Assembly (NCBI GenBank): GCA_013202495.1
Contig: JABMQQ010000067.1
Location: forward strand, 7,143-71,142
Reading direction: 5' to 3'
DNA length: 64,000 nt
Source: Fidelibacterota bacterium
GTDB taxonomy: Bacteria; Fidelibacterota; UBA8477; JABMPR01
Below, piece by piece: positions 35,238 through 45,322 of this stretch; position 1 is the first letter of the stretch; each line of letters opens with the position of its first letter. The translations under genes were made by a program, and so were the position numbers. Under the pieces are notes generated by a model that was not told where the DNA came from, ran no database searches, and saw nothing but the letters and a program-made list of their open reading frames with translations.

Positions 35238-35726
35238 TTATTCAAATCTTTCGTCGGCTTTTTTAAACCCAGCTTCATCAATATGCTCAGAGAGCCAGCC
35301 AAGTTTTTCTTCATCGACACCATCAAAAGCACTTACATATGGCTTGATATCTAATATGGGAGTTTCATCCATGATATCAACATTCTCAACGAATAATCTA
35401 TTGTCACGAATCGCATTCAATTTCAAAACAGAGATTCCAATGGGATTGGGTCGTTGGGGAGCCCTGGTCGCGAAAACACCATGAGCCTTATCATCCAGAA
35501 AGGGTTTGGTTTGTAGTGAAAAGCCTGTGGATTTATTAAAATCATAGATGACAAGTATATGCGAGAAACCATCCAGGTCTTTCAGGCCATCTGAATATCG
35601 GGAGAATAGTTCAATCTCGCCCTTTATTCCTTTTGCGCTACTGGGTTGAATAGGCATCCCCTTCGTTTCCTTGTGGGGGGATGTGATAGTTCCAATCTGA
35701 TGATATGTAAATTTCTTTTCAATCAT
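35238..35726 (-). CDS. trmO: tRNA (m6t6A37) methyltransferase TrmO/TsaA family
   Basis: GFSHILVIYDF, FATRAPQRPNPIG and ILDIKPY motifs. Confidence 0.88.
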   Translation of the reverse strand: MIEKKFTYHQIGTITSPHKETKGMPIQPSSAKGIKGEIELFSRYSDGLKDLDGFSHILVIYDFNKSTGFSLQTKPFLDDKAHGVFATRAPQRPNPIGISVLKLNAIRDNRLFVENVDIMDETPILDIKPYVSAFDGVDEEKLGWLSEHIDEAGFKKADERFE

Positions 35727-35757
35727 TTTTACTCAGGAAACCAATACCAACAATACA

Positions 35758-36537
35758 TCACCCCACCCTCTCAAGCATGGAAATGGTATTAAGTAGACAA
35801 TGAGCCAGAATAAGTGGCCACAAATTTCTGCCGAAGACGACATAACCGATTCCCATTGCCAGACCGAAAAGACCGACAGTTATAGAGCGCTCTGACAAAT
35901 CATGGGAGTGTCTGAATGCAAAAATAGCTGCCTGGATTAGGACTGCGAGAACCGTGGCCAGACGGGTGTTTGAAAACAGCCCTTCTATCCAATTCATTAA
36001 GAAACCTCTATCCAACACCTCCTCAAGGAATGACTCAAGCCAAACCACAGGGAGAATTGAAAAGAATAAGATCCAATTGCCTTCCAGGTTGCCAAACTTG
36101 GCAATCGCACTTTCACTTGATGTGTCTGGTGATAAAGCTAATGACATTTGATCTTTGAGTATTTCAAAGACGATAATCGATCCGATGGCCATCCCCAGAA
36201 TAGAGATTGTCGCCACTACTGTTGTCTTGATGCGCTCTGGCTTTCGAAAGCCTAAATCCAACCAGGTAATGCCTCTTACTCTCATTCTCCAGGTTGCAAT
36301 GACCAGCGTCGTCAACGACCAGAAAAGACCATTGGCCATAAATCCAAGACTTGAAAAGTAGACCTCCCGTATCAAAAACATAACGGGGATGTACAGCGCT
36401 AAGTCTATGAGAAATGCCCGAGGGTTCATGTTGCGCAAGTTTGTACTTTTGGATTGTGTGTTATCGTTTTTGAAGTTCACCCTATCCACCTGGCGGTTTT
36501 GTGCTTCTGAAGCAAGCGTTTGCTTGATAGCATTCAA
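35758..36537 (-). CDS. CPBP family intramembrane glutamic endopeptidase
   Basis: EEVLDRGFL and FAFRH motifs in a polytopic protein. Confidence 0.8.
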   Translation of the reverse strand: MNAIKQTLASEAQNRQVDRVNFKNDNTQSKSTNLRNMNPRAFLIDLALYIPVMFLIREVYFSSLGFMANGLFWSLTTLVIATWRMRVRGITWLDLGFRKPERIKTTVVATISILGMAIGSIIVFEILKDQMSLALSPDTSSESAIAKFGNLEGNWILFFSILPVVWLESFLEEVLDRGFLMNWIEGLFSNTRLATVLAVLIQAAIFAFRHSHDLSERSITVGLFGLAMGIGYVVFGRNLWPLILAHCLLNTISMLERVG

Positions 36538-36546
36538 TCATATCAC

Positions 36547-36942
36547 CTACAATCCCAGTAGTTCAACCAGCGAGGGCACTGGAATAAAGGGCATATACTC
36601 CTTCCAGCCCAGGAAGAACGAAAACAGGACGTGAATCACCGGCGCCATGAGCACGGCCAGAATCAGATACTGCCCAAATTCAGGTGCTCGCATACGAAAG
36701 ACAAGAGGAGGAAGCGCCCAGGTCAGAACCGCTGGCACCCCATAGTATACCCAGACCGGCATCCCAGCCATTGTGCTCAGCTTTGCGAATGACATACCAC
36801 CAACTACGACAACTGCAGCAACCCAGAGGACCGTCTGTGTCGGGGGACGATTAGCCCTCCCGTGCAGCACAAGACGAAGTACGCCTACAAACGCAATGAG
36901 CGAAACGATGATCAGGACTGGAAAATGCCAATGACTACCCAT
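36547..36942 (-). CDS. hypothetical membrane protein
   Basis: 131 aa with four hydrophobic helices. Confidence 0.5.
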   Translation of the reverse strand: MGSHWHFPVLIIVSLIAFVGVLRLVLHGRANRPPTQTVLWVAAVVVVGGMSFAKLSTMAGMPVWVYYGVPAVLTWALPPLVFRMRAPEFGQYLILAVLMAPVIHVLFSFFLGWKEYMPFIPVPSLVELLGL

Positions 36943-36987
36943 ACGCTACCTTTAATAATTTTCTTTCATACCCGGCACGTTGACTCA

Positions 36988-37464
36988 TCAATCAATGGCC
37001 ACCATAAATTCGCCCTCCAGATAATGTTCATACTCTGGGCAATCATAGCAACTCGAGGCCATATTGTAAACCATCACGTCGAATGAACCGTAAATATTAG
37101 ATTCTGTGCGCCACCGGATGTTCAAGAAGCCATCTTGAACCATGTACATGGAGCCTCCATAAAAACGTTCATACAGACTAAATAAGATGCCTTCTGGTGA
37201 GGTCTCACCCTTCTGCCAGGCAGTGACACCTTCGGTGAACTTCAAATTGAGAATATCAATATACACGGAATCAGAAATTTCTATTCTAATCTGTTCATAC
37301 TCAGTTGAAGCCAAAATGCGACTACCCCAGGAAGCTTGAGTCGTGATCTGGTTATTTTCAATTTTTACAAAAGCCTGATCAATCTTCAAGTCATCTTTAT
37401 TGGAATCTGGATCCGTGCAGCTCAAGAGGAAAACTACAATCAGAAATGTACTTGATGTTTTCAT
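36988..37464 (-). CDS. hypothetical lipoprotein
   Basis: Start set at ATG 37464, preceded by an AGGAG RBS. Signal peptide with lipobox LLSC. Confidence 0.5.
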   Translation of the reverse strand: MKTSSTFLIVVFLLSCTDPDSNKDDLKIDQAFVKIENNQITTQASWGSRILASTEYEQIRIEISDSVYIDILNLKFTEGVTAWQKGETSPEGILFSLYERFYGGSMYMVQDGFLNIRWRTESNIYGSFDVMVYNMASSCYDCPEYEHYLEGEFMVAID

Positions 37465-37574
37465 CTCTAACACTCCTTTCGATTGCTTTGCCATAATTAT
37501 GACTAATGACCCCTTGGTCAATAACGGCTAATACCCTGGTCCCGTCTGCTCCGAACACGTGTTAGACACAAATT

Positions 37575-39035
37575 CTATTGTATTTGTAATATTTTCGCAG
37601 TGCGGATGAAGCCGTTCTGCTCTACGCGAATTATGGAAATACCGCTAGTGCTATTGGGGCTGTGCTCAACGCGTATTCTGTTTAAACCGACTGATGTCAT
37701 TGATCTCACGTATGTTGAACGTCTACCCAGCACATCGTAAACAGAGATTGTACACATTGACGCAAATGGCGTGGTCAAGTCAATAGTTAGTGCGCCATTT
37801 GTAGGATTAGGGTATGTAGAAATCTTGAAATCAGATGGAAGCAGGTAACTAAAACCAGCGGTCGATACCGTCGTATGATTTGCTCTCGCCGCCAGCACCT
37901 GTATTTCGGCTGTTGTCATCCGTTTCTTTGACTTGCCAGCCAGGAGGATATCGTATTCACCAAGAATTATGAAAGATCTGGCATGCTCCCAGTTGGAAGA
38001 TGGATGGACATAAGTCCATACTTCATTGCCCTCCGAATCAGTCATAAATGCCCAGAGATTATTTATATTAGGACTACCGAAGGATTGAGTGCTCCCAACA
38101 ACGACAAGATTGTCATTCTGGTCAGACTGAATGGCGGTCGGATTCTCAGAGTCCTCACCACCATAGGTCCTGACCCATTCTTCTTCACCATCTGGATTTA
38201 GACAGGTAAGGAATGCATCCTCATAATGAAAATCCAAAGCATGGAGTGTTTGTCCCAGGAGGATTATTTTGTCTGAAGCTGTGACCGTCAAATCCATAAG
38301 TGGATCTCTGCCCCAGGCACCTTCTGCGTTACAATGAACACGAGAAAAGGAAATCTGTTCACCTTGTGAATCCAAGATGAGCAGTCCAGCCGCCCAGTAA
38401 TGATAATCACCGCCACCTTCATATACATTAATACCGACTACAATTCGACCATCCATCAATGTATCTATGGCTATTCCCTTCGCCGCTGGATAGATCCCGG
38501 TTTCATACACTTTTGACCATACCTCCTGTCCATGAGGCTCTATCAGGGACACGAAGGCGCTGTCATTCCTCGAGCCAGTAATTAAGTAACCGCCATCCCC
38601 CAGTTGCAGAATGTCTGCAACAGAGTTAAGGATGTAAGCATTGAAAAAGGTACTGGACCAAATAATGTCTCCTGCAGTGTTCACATTTGCCAACCAGGCA
38701 TAACGGTCTGCCCCGAGAGATTCCTCTATGTAGCCCCCTATGATAAACGATCCGCCATCGATCAACTGGCTACAGAGCACACCTTCATTTCCACCGAGAT
38801 CAAATTGATTCGTTGCCAGAGCAAGCCCATTGGAATCGATCTCAGCCAGCCAAACATCACGGTTCGATAGCTCGCGAAACTGTCCAAGAATAATAAAGTG
38901 GTTCTCATCTACGCGGTGTATATCGACCGCCTCCTCCCAGGCCGGGCTACCATATTCAGCAATCCAGCGGGTTTGGAGGGAATCCTGTCCAAGGGAAATG
39001 GTAGCCAGGAATGCAATGAGTAGGATAAATTTCAT
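37575..39035 (-). CDS. secreted protein with T9SS-type C-terminal sorting domain
   Basis: Signal peptide from MKFILLIAFL (ATG 39035). The C-terminus is YPNPTNGALTIDL...ISVYDVLGR...IRTAKILQIQ. Confidence 0.65.
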   Translation of the reverse strand: MKFILLIAFLATISLGQDSLQTRWIAEYGSPAWEEAVDIHRVDENHFIILGQFRELSNRDVWLAEIDSNGLALATNQFDLGGNEGVLCSQLIDGGSFIIGGYIEESLGADRYAWLANVNTAGDIIWSSTFFNAYILNSVADILQLGDGGYLITGSRNDSAFVSLIEPHGQEVWSKVYETGIYPAAKGIAIDTLMDGRIVVGINVYEGGGDYHYWAAGLLILDSQGEQISFSRVHCNAEGAWGRDPLMDLTVTASDKIILLGQTLHALDFHYEDAFLTCLNPDGEEEWVRTYGGEDSENPTAIQSDQNDNLVVVGSTQSFGSPNINNLWAFMTDSEGNEVWTYVHPSSNWEHARSFIILGEYDILLAGKSKKRMTTAEIQVLAARANHTTVSTAGFSYLLPSDFKISTYPNPTNGALTIDLTTPFASMCTISVYDVLGRRSTYVRSMTSVGLNRIRVEHSPNSTSGISIIRVEQNGFIRTAKILQIQ

Positions 39036-39069
39036 GTTTTTGATGTTTAGCGCCATCGGCTTTTGAAAA

Positions 39070-39654
39070 TCAGAGCTTAAATCCAAGATTGAAAGTAAAG
39101 TGTACACTCAATGGTGGCAGTTCCCAATCAAATTGTTCACCATTCTTTGCTTTGAAGACGATGGGTCCACCACCCAGTGCTAACAAGAGAACAAAGCGCT
39201 CATTTATCGTCCATTTTCTACCAACTTCTGGTTCCAATGTAATAAAAGTCCACGCTGATTTTTCAATATCCAAGAATCTCATAAAGCCGCCTAATTCAGT
39301 AATCTCTGGATCTACTTCAGCATAATAAAGGCGTAATCCCAGACCATAGAACCGCTTGCAGTTTTTTGGTTGATAATAAAATGGCCACCTCTTGTTAATC
39401 CCGACAGAAAGAAATTTTTGCACGCCGAATTTTCTCGTTGGTGCATAGAAAGGGATGATATTCGCAAGGGTAATCAAATAATCGGTTTCCTTTAGCGTGA
39501 TCGAGTCTGAATAGGATAATTCCATTTTCACTATCCCAGACATGAGATCGTTGAATCCGATAGAAACATCTGTTGGTTGATTGATTGGTACAGCCCATGC
39601 GAAACTTACAACAACTGATATTATATAAAGATGTTTCATCTGATTTACCCCCAT
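39070..39654 (-). CDS. hypothetical outer-membrane beta-barrel-like protein
   Basis: Signal peptide, alternating beta pattern and a C-terminal ...FNLGFKL. The start may be the internal MKHLY. Confidence 0.5.
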   Translation of the reverse strand: MGVNQMKHLYIISVVVSFAWAVPINQPTDVSIGFNDLMSGIVKMELSYSDSITLKETDYLITLANIIPFYAPTRKFGVQKFLSVGINKRWPFYYQPKNCKRFYGLGLRLYYAEVDPEITELGGFMRFLDIEKSAWTFITLEPEVGRKWTINERFVLLLALGGGPIVFKAKNGEQFDWELPPLSVHFTFNLGFKL

Positions 39655-39757
39655 TTATTCAATATACCTAATGCGCTAGACCCATCTGCGTCCCCGGGGA
39701 CTATTGTGGGAGCCCTTGAATATTCTTCTGTGTATTACTCAATTGACCAGAACCCAT

Positions 39758-40810
39758 TTACAATTCATCTGGAGGAGGGGTCATGGATCTGAATGTCAGT
39801 TGTCTCTCTGTCCCGGTGAGTCGATTCATTACCCAGAGATGTCCGTTGGTGGTATCAAATACGGAGTAATCATGTTTTGAATACACAATTGACAACCCAT
39901 CAGGTGACCAGCTTGGCTCCAGGCCGCCATCTGATGTTAGTATCATAACATCTGTTGTGATGGTATCCTGTATGGCAATTTGAAAGCGCGTCTCATCAAT
40001 TACCCACGATTCAAATGCCACAAATTCTCCATCAGATGAAAAGGTTGGGTTCCGCGCTTCTGTCTCTGTAAAACTAAAGCGTTTCTGGTTCCGACCATTG
40101 GCATCCATCAAATACAATTGGGTATGTAAAGGGTCATCACCCCGGAGATTCTTGTGTGATATGATTCTTGATTTGGTAGGGTGCCAGGAAGGTCCCCGCC
40201 ATGCTCCATCATAAGATCGTGGAATACGAACTTGTTTGATATTCCCTCCCAGGGTATCCATGGTCCAAATGCTAAAGATGGACGACGTGCCCGATGATGC
40301 ATAAACAATCATGTTCTCAGTGGGATGTTGATGTGGTGACCAAATGCTGTGTCCTTCAGTTATGTGCTGCAGCTCGCCTGTATTGAGATTGTACTTGTTC
40401 AGCTTGCCTTCATGTACAAAGAGCAGGCTCCTGCCATCTGGGGTCCAGGAGGGGTCATGAGCCCAACCCGTTGCAATCATTTTACGTTGCCCACCCGCTG
40501 AAGGGATGATGTATATCCCCATTGAATCAACATCGGGATAACAGCCCCCATGTTCAGCAACTATTGACCCTCCATTATGATAGTAGGCTATCCAGGTTCC
40601 ATCAGGAGACCATGAGGGAGAATAGTCAATCTGCGGATAGGCTGGACTTTCTATGCCGGCATACCATTCTGATTTCTGGTCAAGATCAGGTGGTTCAACA
40701 AGATGAGAACAACCACTTGATATCAATATTGCGAATAACAAAACTAGCGCTGGGCCAATTGTCTTCCTGGCGGATCCAGCTTTAGACCGTTTGTTGAGTA
40801 CCACCATCAT
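39758..40810 (-). CDS. TolB-like PD40 beta-propeller lipoprotein
   Basis: Lipobox SSGC. Repeated SPSWSPDG / DPSWTPDG / GPSWHP / NPTFSSDG / EPSWSPDG motifs. Confidence 0.75.
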   Translation of the reverse strand: MMVVLNKRSKAGSARKTIGPALVLLFAILISSGCSHLVEPPDLDQKSEWYAGIESPAYPQIDYSPSWSPDGTWIAYYHNGGSIVAEHGGCYPDVDSMGIYIIPSAGGQRKMIATGWAHDPSWTPDGRSLLFVHEGKLNKYNLNTGELQHITEGHSIWSPHQHPTENMIVYASSGTSSIFSIWTMDTLGGNIKQVRIPRSYDGAWRGPSWHPTKSRIISHKNLRGDDPLHTQLYLMDANGRNQKRFSFTETEARNPTFSSDGEFVAFESWVIDETRFQIAIQDTITTDVMILTSDGGLEPSWSPDGLSIVYSKHDYSVFDTTNGHLWVMNRLTGTERQLTFRSMTPPPDEL

Positions 40811-42645
40811 TTTAAATATAAGACCTTCACAAACTGCGAATGGTTTTCAGTTTGAAGTTGAATAAGGTACATACCCGTACTGACATTTTTGCCTGAATGG
40901 TTCAACCCGTTCCAGTGAACTTGATATGCTCCAGCAGCTTGATTTGAGTCAACCATTTCTAGTACGGTTTGACCTGAAACATTGAAAACCGTCAGTTTTA
41001 TGTTTGAGGCATGGGGTAGGGTATAGGAAATGGTGGCAGTGGGATTGAATGGATTCGGATAGGCATGTAGACTGAAGCTTGAAGGTAAAACGGGGTGTTC
41101 ATTTATTGAAACTTGAATTGGACTGAGATCGCCCCAGGACGCCCCATTAATTTGGTAACCAATAAGGCTTTTAACTGCACCTGGATCCATAAACTGTGAT
41201 GAAAGACCAACACCATATCTCCAGGTAGAGCTACCGAATTCATCACCCTCTCTTAATAAGAGTGCAGGACTATCATCGATTAATTGATAAAGAAACTCTA
41301 TTTCCTGCTCTGGATTCGAATCTGAAAAAGAGACAGAAATAGCTTCTGAAGATGGAGCTGAATAGATGTTGGCACGATCAAGGACATGAGTGTACTTAGA
41401 AATTGTATCTACGGTTGCCAATCCACCATAAAGCTGGTAATCATGTCCCCGACGTTCGATGACATATTCCGTAAAATCTGCTAATTCGCTCACGGCAATC
41501 ACCTCTTCAGTGCTAACAGAATCGATATGGTGATATGTCTGAGCCCATTTCCATTTATTACCCAAAGCCAGAGGATAGAACTGCCTCAGATCAGATCGTG
41601 CATATCCGTTAATGGCAAAAGATAGAGTGTCTTCACTACTCAGCTGTTGTGGTGAATTATTGGTACGAATAATAAACCCAGAAGGATTGCCCGTATTCGC
41701 ATCAGAAAATGTTGGAGGAGAATAACCACCAGGGTACATAAATGTTTGCCACATGTGATCCGAAGGGTCCATGCTTTCCATATCATGGGAGGTCGTATCG
41801 CTCCAATTAATTGTATCCCCGGGCCCGAAGACAAACTTATCAAAATAAAAGGACAATTGATTTTCAGATTGATGAATAGAGGTGAAGGTCCATTCTGTGG
41901 GTGCATTTTCACCAACGAGACCCAAAACTTCAGCATCTATACGATAGGTTCGGGGCCAGACGTCTACAACAACTGGAAATTCATACTCCGAATTGTTGAA
42001 GCTCAAAGAAAAGGCAGGACCAGGATAGGTGATAATTGGAGAGGTCGGATTGCGATACAAAAACACAATCCATTTCGCCACACTGGGATCAAGCGCTCCC
42101 AGGCTAGGGGGATAGCGATAGATGACAACCTGGTATGGGTAGTTGGCAAACTGACGAACCACATTGAGGTTTTTGATGGCATTCCAGGCTGAATCAGCTG
42201 CCAGAATCTCAACAGTATCTACAAGTGAAATTCCAGTTTCCCGCCAATACTGAATAGATTGGGGTTCTCGGATGGAATCTTCTTGTACATAAAAAGAATC
42301 TGCAGGTATAAAGCTATCTGGTTTATAAAGCTCACCTTGTCCCATCCACACATAGGTACCATGAAAAACTGTATCTCCAGTACATGGATAGGTCATAATG
42401 GTATACCCAAAATCTGCCGCGGGCTGAACTTCAAGTTCGAGTGGGAACAGAACGGTGTCCACTTCCAGACAGGTTGGATAGTTGAGAATCGTCCCCTGCT
42501 CAAATTCCTTTGATTGATAATTAACAACAAAAAGACCAAATGAAACCGAGTCTTCGGGGAGAGTAATATACGATTGTGCTGATAGACTTAACGCCATGAG
42601 CAGCGTGGCTATTATTTTATTCATCATGTGGTGTCCAATAATCAT
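40807..42645 (-). CDS. secreted protein with T9SS-type C-terminal sorting domain
   Basis: The C-terminus is YPNPFNPTATISYTLP...KLTVFNVSGQ...GMYLIQLQ...VKVLYLK. The stop overlaps the next start (ATGA). Confidence 0.7.
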   Translation of the reverse strand: MIIGHHMMNKIIATLLMALSLSAQSYITLPEDSVSFGLFVVNYQSKEFEQGTILNYPTCLEVDTVLFPLELEVQPAADFGYTIMTYPCTGDTVFHGTYVWMGQGELYKPDSFIPADSFYVQEDSIREPQSIQYWRETGISLVDTVEILAADSAWNAIKNLNVVRQFANYPYQVVIYRYPPSLGALDPSVAKWIVFLYRNPTSPIITYPGPAFSLSFNNSEYEFPVVVDVWPRTYRIDAEVLGLVGENAPTEWTFTSIHQSENQLSFYFDKFVFGPGDTINWSDTTSHDMESMDPSDHMWQTFMYPGGYSPPTFSDANTGNPSGFIIRTNNSPQQLSSEDTLSFAINGYARSDLRQFYPLALGNKWKWAQTYHHIDSVSTEEVIAVSELADFTEYVIERRGHDYQLYGGLATVDTISKYTHVLDRANIYSAPSSEAISVSFSDSNPEQEIEFLYQLIDDSPALLLREGDEFGSSTWRYGVGLSSQFMDPGAVKSLIGYQINGASWGDLSPIQVSINEHPVLPSSFSLHAYPNPFNPTATISYTLPHASNIKLTVFNVSGQTVLEMVDSNQAAGAYQVHWNGLNHSGKNVSTGMYLIQLQTENHSQFVKVLYLK

Positions 42646-42753
42646 ACTTAACCCCCTCTATCAATCACATGTTGTCAACCAACCCAATTTCATCTGATCT
42701 ATTTCGTCTGTCGAACGTTGCGCCCATCACCTGCTACTATGTGTATGGGATTG

Positions 42754-43131
42754 TTATGTGTAAAATATAGCAGGGATTGCATAAAGAACTGCCCCTACTA
42801 GAAAAAATGCCAGGAAAGCTACTGACCCCCAATGTTTTAACTTGAAGAATACGATTTGCTCTATTGAACGAGCCACCCAAAAGAGCGTCATCAAGATGAG
42901 TAGGCTATGACCCAGAGCTGTTGAGAGTAGTTCATTGGTATGAGCGAGGGAAATATAGCTAAAGATGATAAACACAAAGGATAAGCTCAAATTCAAAACC
43001 TGCATGATGGCTCTATTTAAGAAAGACAAATTACGAAGATCATTTTTCCAGTCGAAGATGCGCCAAAACAACAGGTGAAATATCACCAATACGATGTTGT
43101 AGATACCACCTAACTTAATCAATACTTCCAT
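42754..43131 (-). CDS. hypothetical membrane protein
   Basis: 125 aa with four hydrophobic helices. Confidence 0.5.
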   Translation of the reverse strand: MEVLIKLGGIYNIVLVIFHLLFWRIFDWKNDLRNLSFLNRAIMQVLNLSLSFVFIIFSYISLAHTNELLSTALGHSLLILMTLFWVARSIEQIVFFKLKHWGSVAFLAFFLVGAVLYAIPAIFYT

Positions 43132-43179
43132 CTGTTCTCTCCTTGATACACATAACGCACGAGGGGTTCTAAGCGCTCG

Positions 43180-43704
43180 TTATATGTCATCCCCACCCAC
43201 AAACTGGTCAGCCAATTCATTCAGGGCGTCACCTTCAAGCCGTTGAACCGTCCACGCATCCATTGGTATTGCTCCCACTTCTCGGTAGAATTTCAGGGCT
43301 GACTTATTCCAATCGAGAACCCACCACTCGAAACGGCCGCATTTGCGTATGCGAGCAAGATTAGCAAGATAGGCAAGCATAACTTTACCAAGTCCCTTCC
43401 CGCGCATTTGTGGCTTCACATAGAGGTCTTCCAGGTAAATACCCGGCTGTCCTAGAAAGGTTGAGAAGTTGTGGAAAAAAAGTGCAAATGACACGGCCTC
43501 CCCCCCATAATATCCAAGCAGAACTTCTGCAACCTTGCGATCTCCAAACAAGGATTCACGCAATACTTCTTCGGTTGCAACCACTTCATGGGCAAGCTTC
43601 TCATATTCAGCAAGCTCATGGATAAATGAAAGAATGAGAGGAACATCATCCTCAACTGCTTCACAAATCACAAAATCAGGGATACCCGTTGTCACTGTCA
43701 TCAT
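43180..43704 (-). CDS. GNAT N-acetyltransferase (diamine/SSAT-like)
   Basis: LEDLYVKPQMRGKGLGKVML and RFEWWVLDWNKSALKFY. Confidence 0.8.
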   Translation of the reverse strand: MMTVTTGIPDFVICEAVEDDVPLILSFIHELAEYEKLAHEVVATEEVLRESLFGDRKVAEVLLGYYGGEAVSFALFFHNFSTFLGQPGIYLEDLYVKPQMRGKGLGKVMLAYLANLARIRKCGRFEWWVLDWNKSALKFYREVGAIPMDAWTVQRLEGDALNELADQFVGGDDI

Positions 43705-43727
43705 CTCTTTCCTTTGTTGGCAGGATT

Positions 43728-44294
43728 TCAGCCAGGTATTCGGAGTCCAGCACCGACTGAAATTTCAAGTCCTCCAGGCTCCATAAACCGTGCAAAATCG
43801 GAAACATCTGCTGAAAGACTTCCAGACTGATAGTGAGACTTCCCACCATGTAATGCAAAGCCATAACCGAGATGTCCATAAACTCGGATAAAGCCCACTT
43901 GAAATCTAAGACCAGTACGCAAAGTAAATAATGATGCGGGATCAATGCGATAAACTGCCGAATCCAGATTAACGGTAACATTGAGATTTGACAATCCACT
44001 GGAGCTAGATAAATACATCCCGCCAAAAGAGGTAAACATTTTGTCGGGGCTCAATACATATTTCACACCAGCACCAGCTTTGAAACCTGAAAAACTAAAT
44101 CCCAGGCCACCTGTTACCACAGTATGTGGGTTAAAATAGAAACCACCTTCTACACCAACACCCAGGGGTGATCCCCAACCCATGATGCCACCGAGTTCTA
44201 TTTTGTCGTAACTAATATCAGCCTCGTGTGCGAAGAGAGGTGTTAGCAATAGGCTCAGGGTAAGAATCAACCATTTCGTGCGATTATAGATCAT
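43728..44294 (-). CDS. small outer-membrane beta-barrel protein
   Basis: Signal peptide and Gly/aromatic-rich alternating strands; 188 aa. Confidence 0.55.
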   Translation of the reverse strand: MIYNRTKWLILTLSLLLTPLFAHEADISYDKIELGGIMGWGSPLGVGVEGGFYFNPHTVVTGGLGFSFSGFKAGAGVKYVLSPDKMFTSFGGMYLSSSSGLSNLNVTVNLDSAVYRIDPASLFTLRTGLRFQVGFIRVYGHLGYGFALHGGKSHYQSGSLSADVSDFARFMEPGGLEISVGAGLRIPG

Positions 44295-44303
44295 CTATTT
44301 CTC

Positions 44304-45269
44304 CTATTTTCCCTTAGGTGGAGCTGATCCTTTCAGATCAATTATGGTTGGTTCCAGGACAATCAGAGACACTCTTTCCATACTCGCATTATCTTTGGCG
44401 CTAAACAGAAAAGGCAGTATTGAGCCCAGTAATGGAAATTTCCTTTTTTTCGATTGTTCAGTGGTTGTATTGAAGGCACCCAGTAGAAATGGTTCGGCAT
44501 CTTTCACGATCACCCGATTGTTTAATATCTGTCCAGATTCGATAGGGCTTCCTTCGAGATAGCCACTGATGAAGGTATACTTTGCCTCAATTTCCAGAGT
44601 CATCATATCATCTTGTCCTATGGAAGGCGTGACCTCCAGGGACAACCCCGAGTTGAGCTCCTGTGTTTCATATAGATTGGTGAAGCTGGAGTAGCGTGAA
44701 ATGTAGGTTACATGCTCTCCATCAAAGATGCTGCCTTTCTGATTGTTAGTGGTCACTATCTGGGGAGAACTAACAATTTTTGCGATTCCCGTTTCAAGCA
44801 GGACATTGAGAAACCCAGGCTCCACATAATTGTTTCTGGCTGATACTTGCAGCTGAGAGCCACCGGTATTATAATCTGGTTGATCCGTCCTGAATTGGGT
44901 CGAAAAATGTAGAGCCGAGGAAAAATCAAGTCGCAAGCTATTAATAAATATTGACCAATCGATTCCACTATCAATTATATCCTGCCTGGTGGTTTCGATG
45001 ATTTTTACGCTAATAATTATCTGCCTGGGAGGAACATCCAGGAAGTTTATCAGCCCTTCCATTTCATCTAGCTCTAATTGAGTACCCTTTAGCAGAATGG
45101 TATTATTTGATTCATTGAGAACATATTTTTGCTGAATATTATCTGTAAAACCAGATGAGTTGAGTCCACTTTCTAAATCAGAGGGCGATATATATTTTAG
45201 CTCCACCACCTTTGATTCCATTCCAAACAGCGACTGAAGCATGATTACAACCAGCAAAATTCGTTTCAT
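44304..45269 (-). CDS. minimal secretin-family outer-membrane channel protein
   Basis: Signal peptide and one secretin_N-like domain (VELKYISPSDL...LKGTQLELDEMEGLINFLDVPPRQIIISVKIIE). The secretin core has AKIVSSPQIVTTNNQKGSI, LSLEVTPSIGQDDMMTLEIE and KFPLLGSILPFLF. Confidence 0.7.
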   Translation of the reverse strand: MKRILLVVIMLQSLFGMESKVVELKYISPSDLESGLNSSGFTDNIQQKYVLNESNNTILLKGTQLELDEMEGLINFLDVPPRQIIISVKIIETTRQDIIDSGIDWSIFINSLRLDFSSALHFSTQFRTDQPDYNTGGSQLQVSARNNYVEPGFLNVLLETGIAKIVSSPQIVTTNNQKGSIFDGEHVTYISRYSSFTNLYETQELNSGLSLEVTPSIGQDDMMTLEIEAKYTFISGYLEGSPIESGQILNNRVIVKDAEPFLLGAFNTTTEQSKKRKFPLLGSILPFLFSAKDNASMERVSLIVLEPTIIDLKGSAPPKGK

Positions 45270-45322
45270 GGTTTCTCCTTTGTGTTTCTAACGTCCCCGG
45301 GCTTTCCAGCTCAAAAGGGCAT

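Noticed and set aside
33332-36537. Two CPBP proteases plus a PIG-L deacetylase, considered as a possible bacteriocin-immunity or lantibiotic-type cluster.
   Set aside because: No precursor peptide, modification enzyme or ABC exporter is nearby. trmO is interposed, and CPBP genes are common stand-alone membrane proteases.
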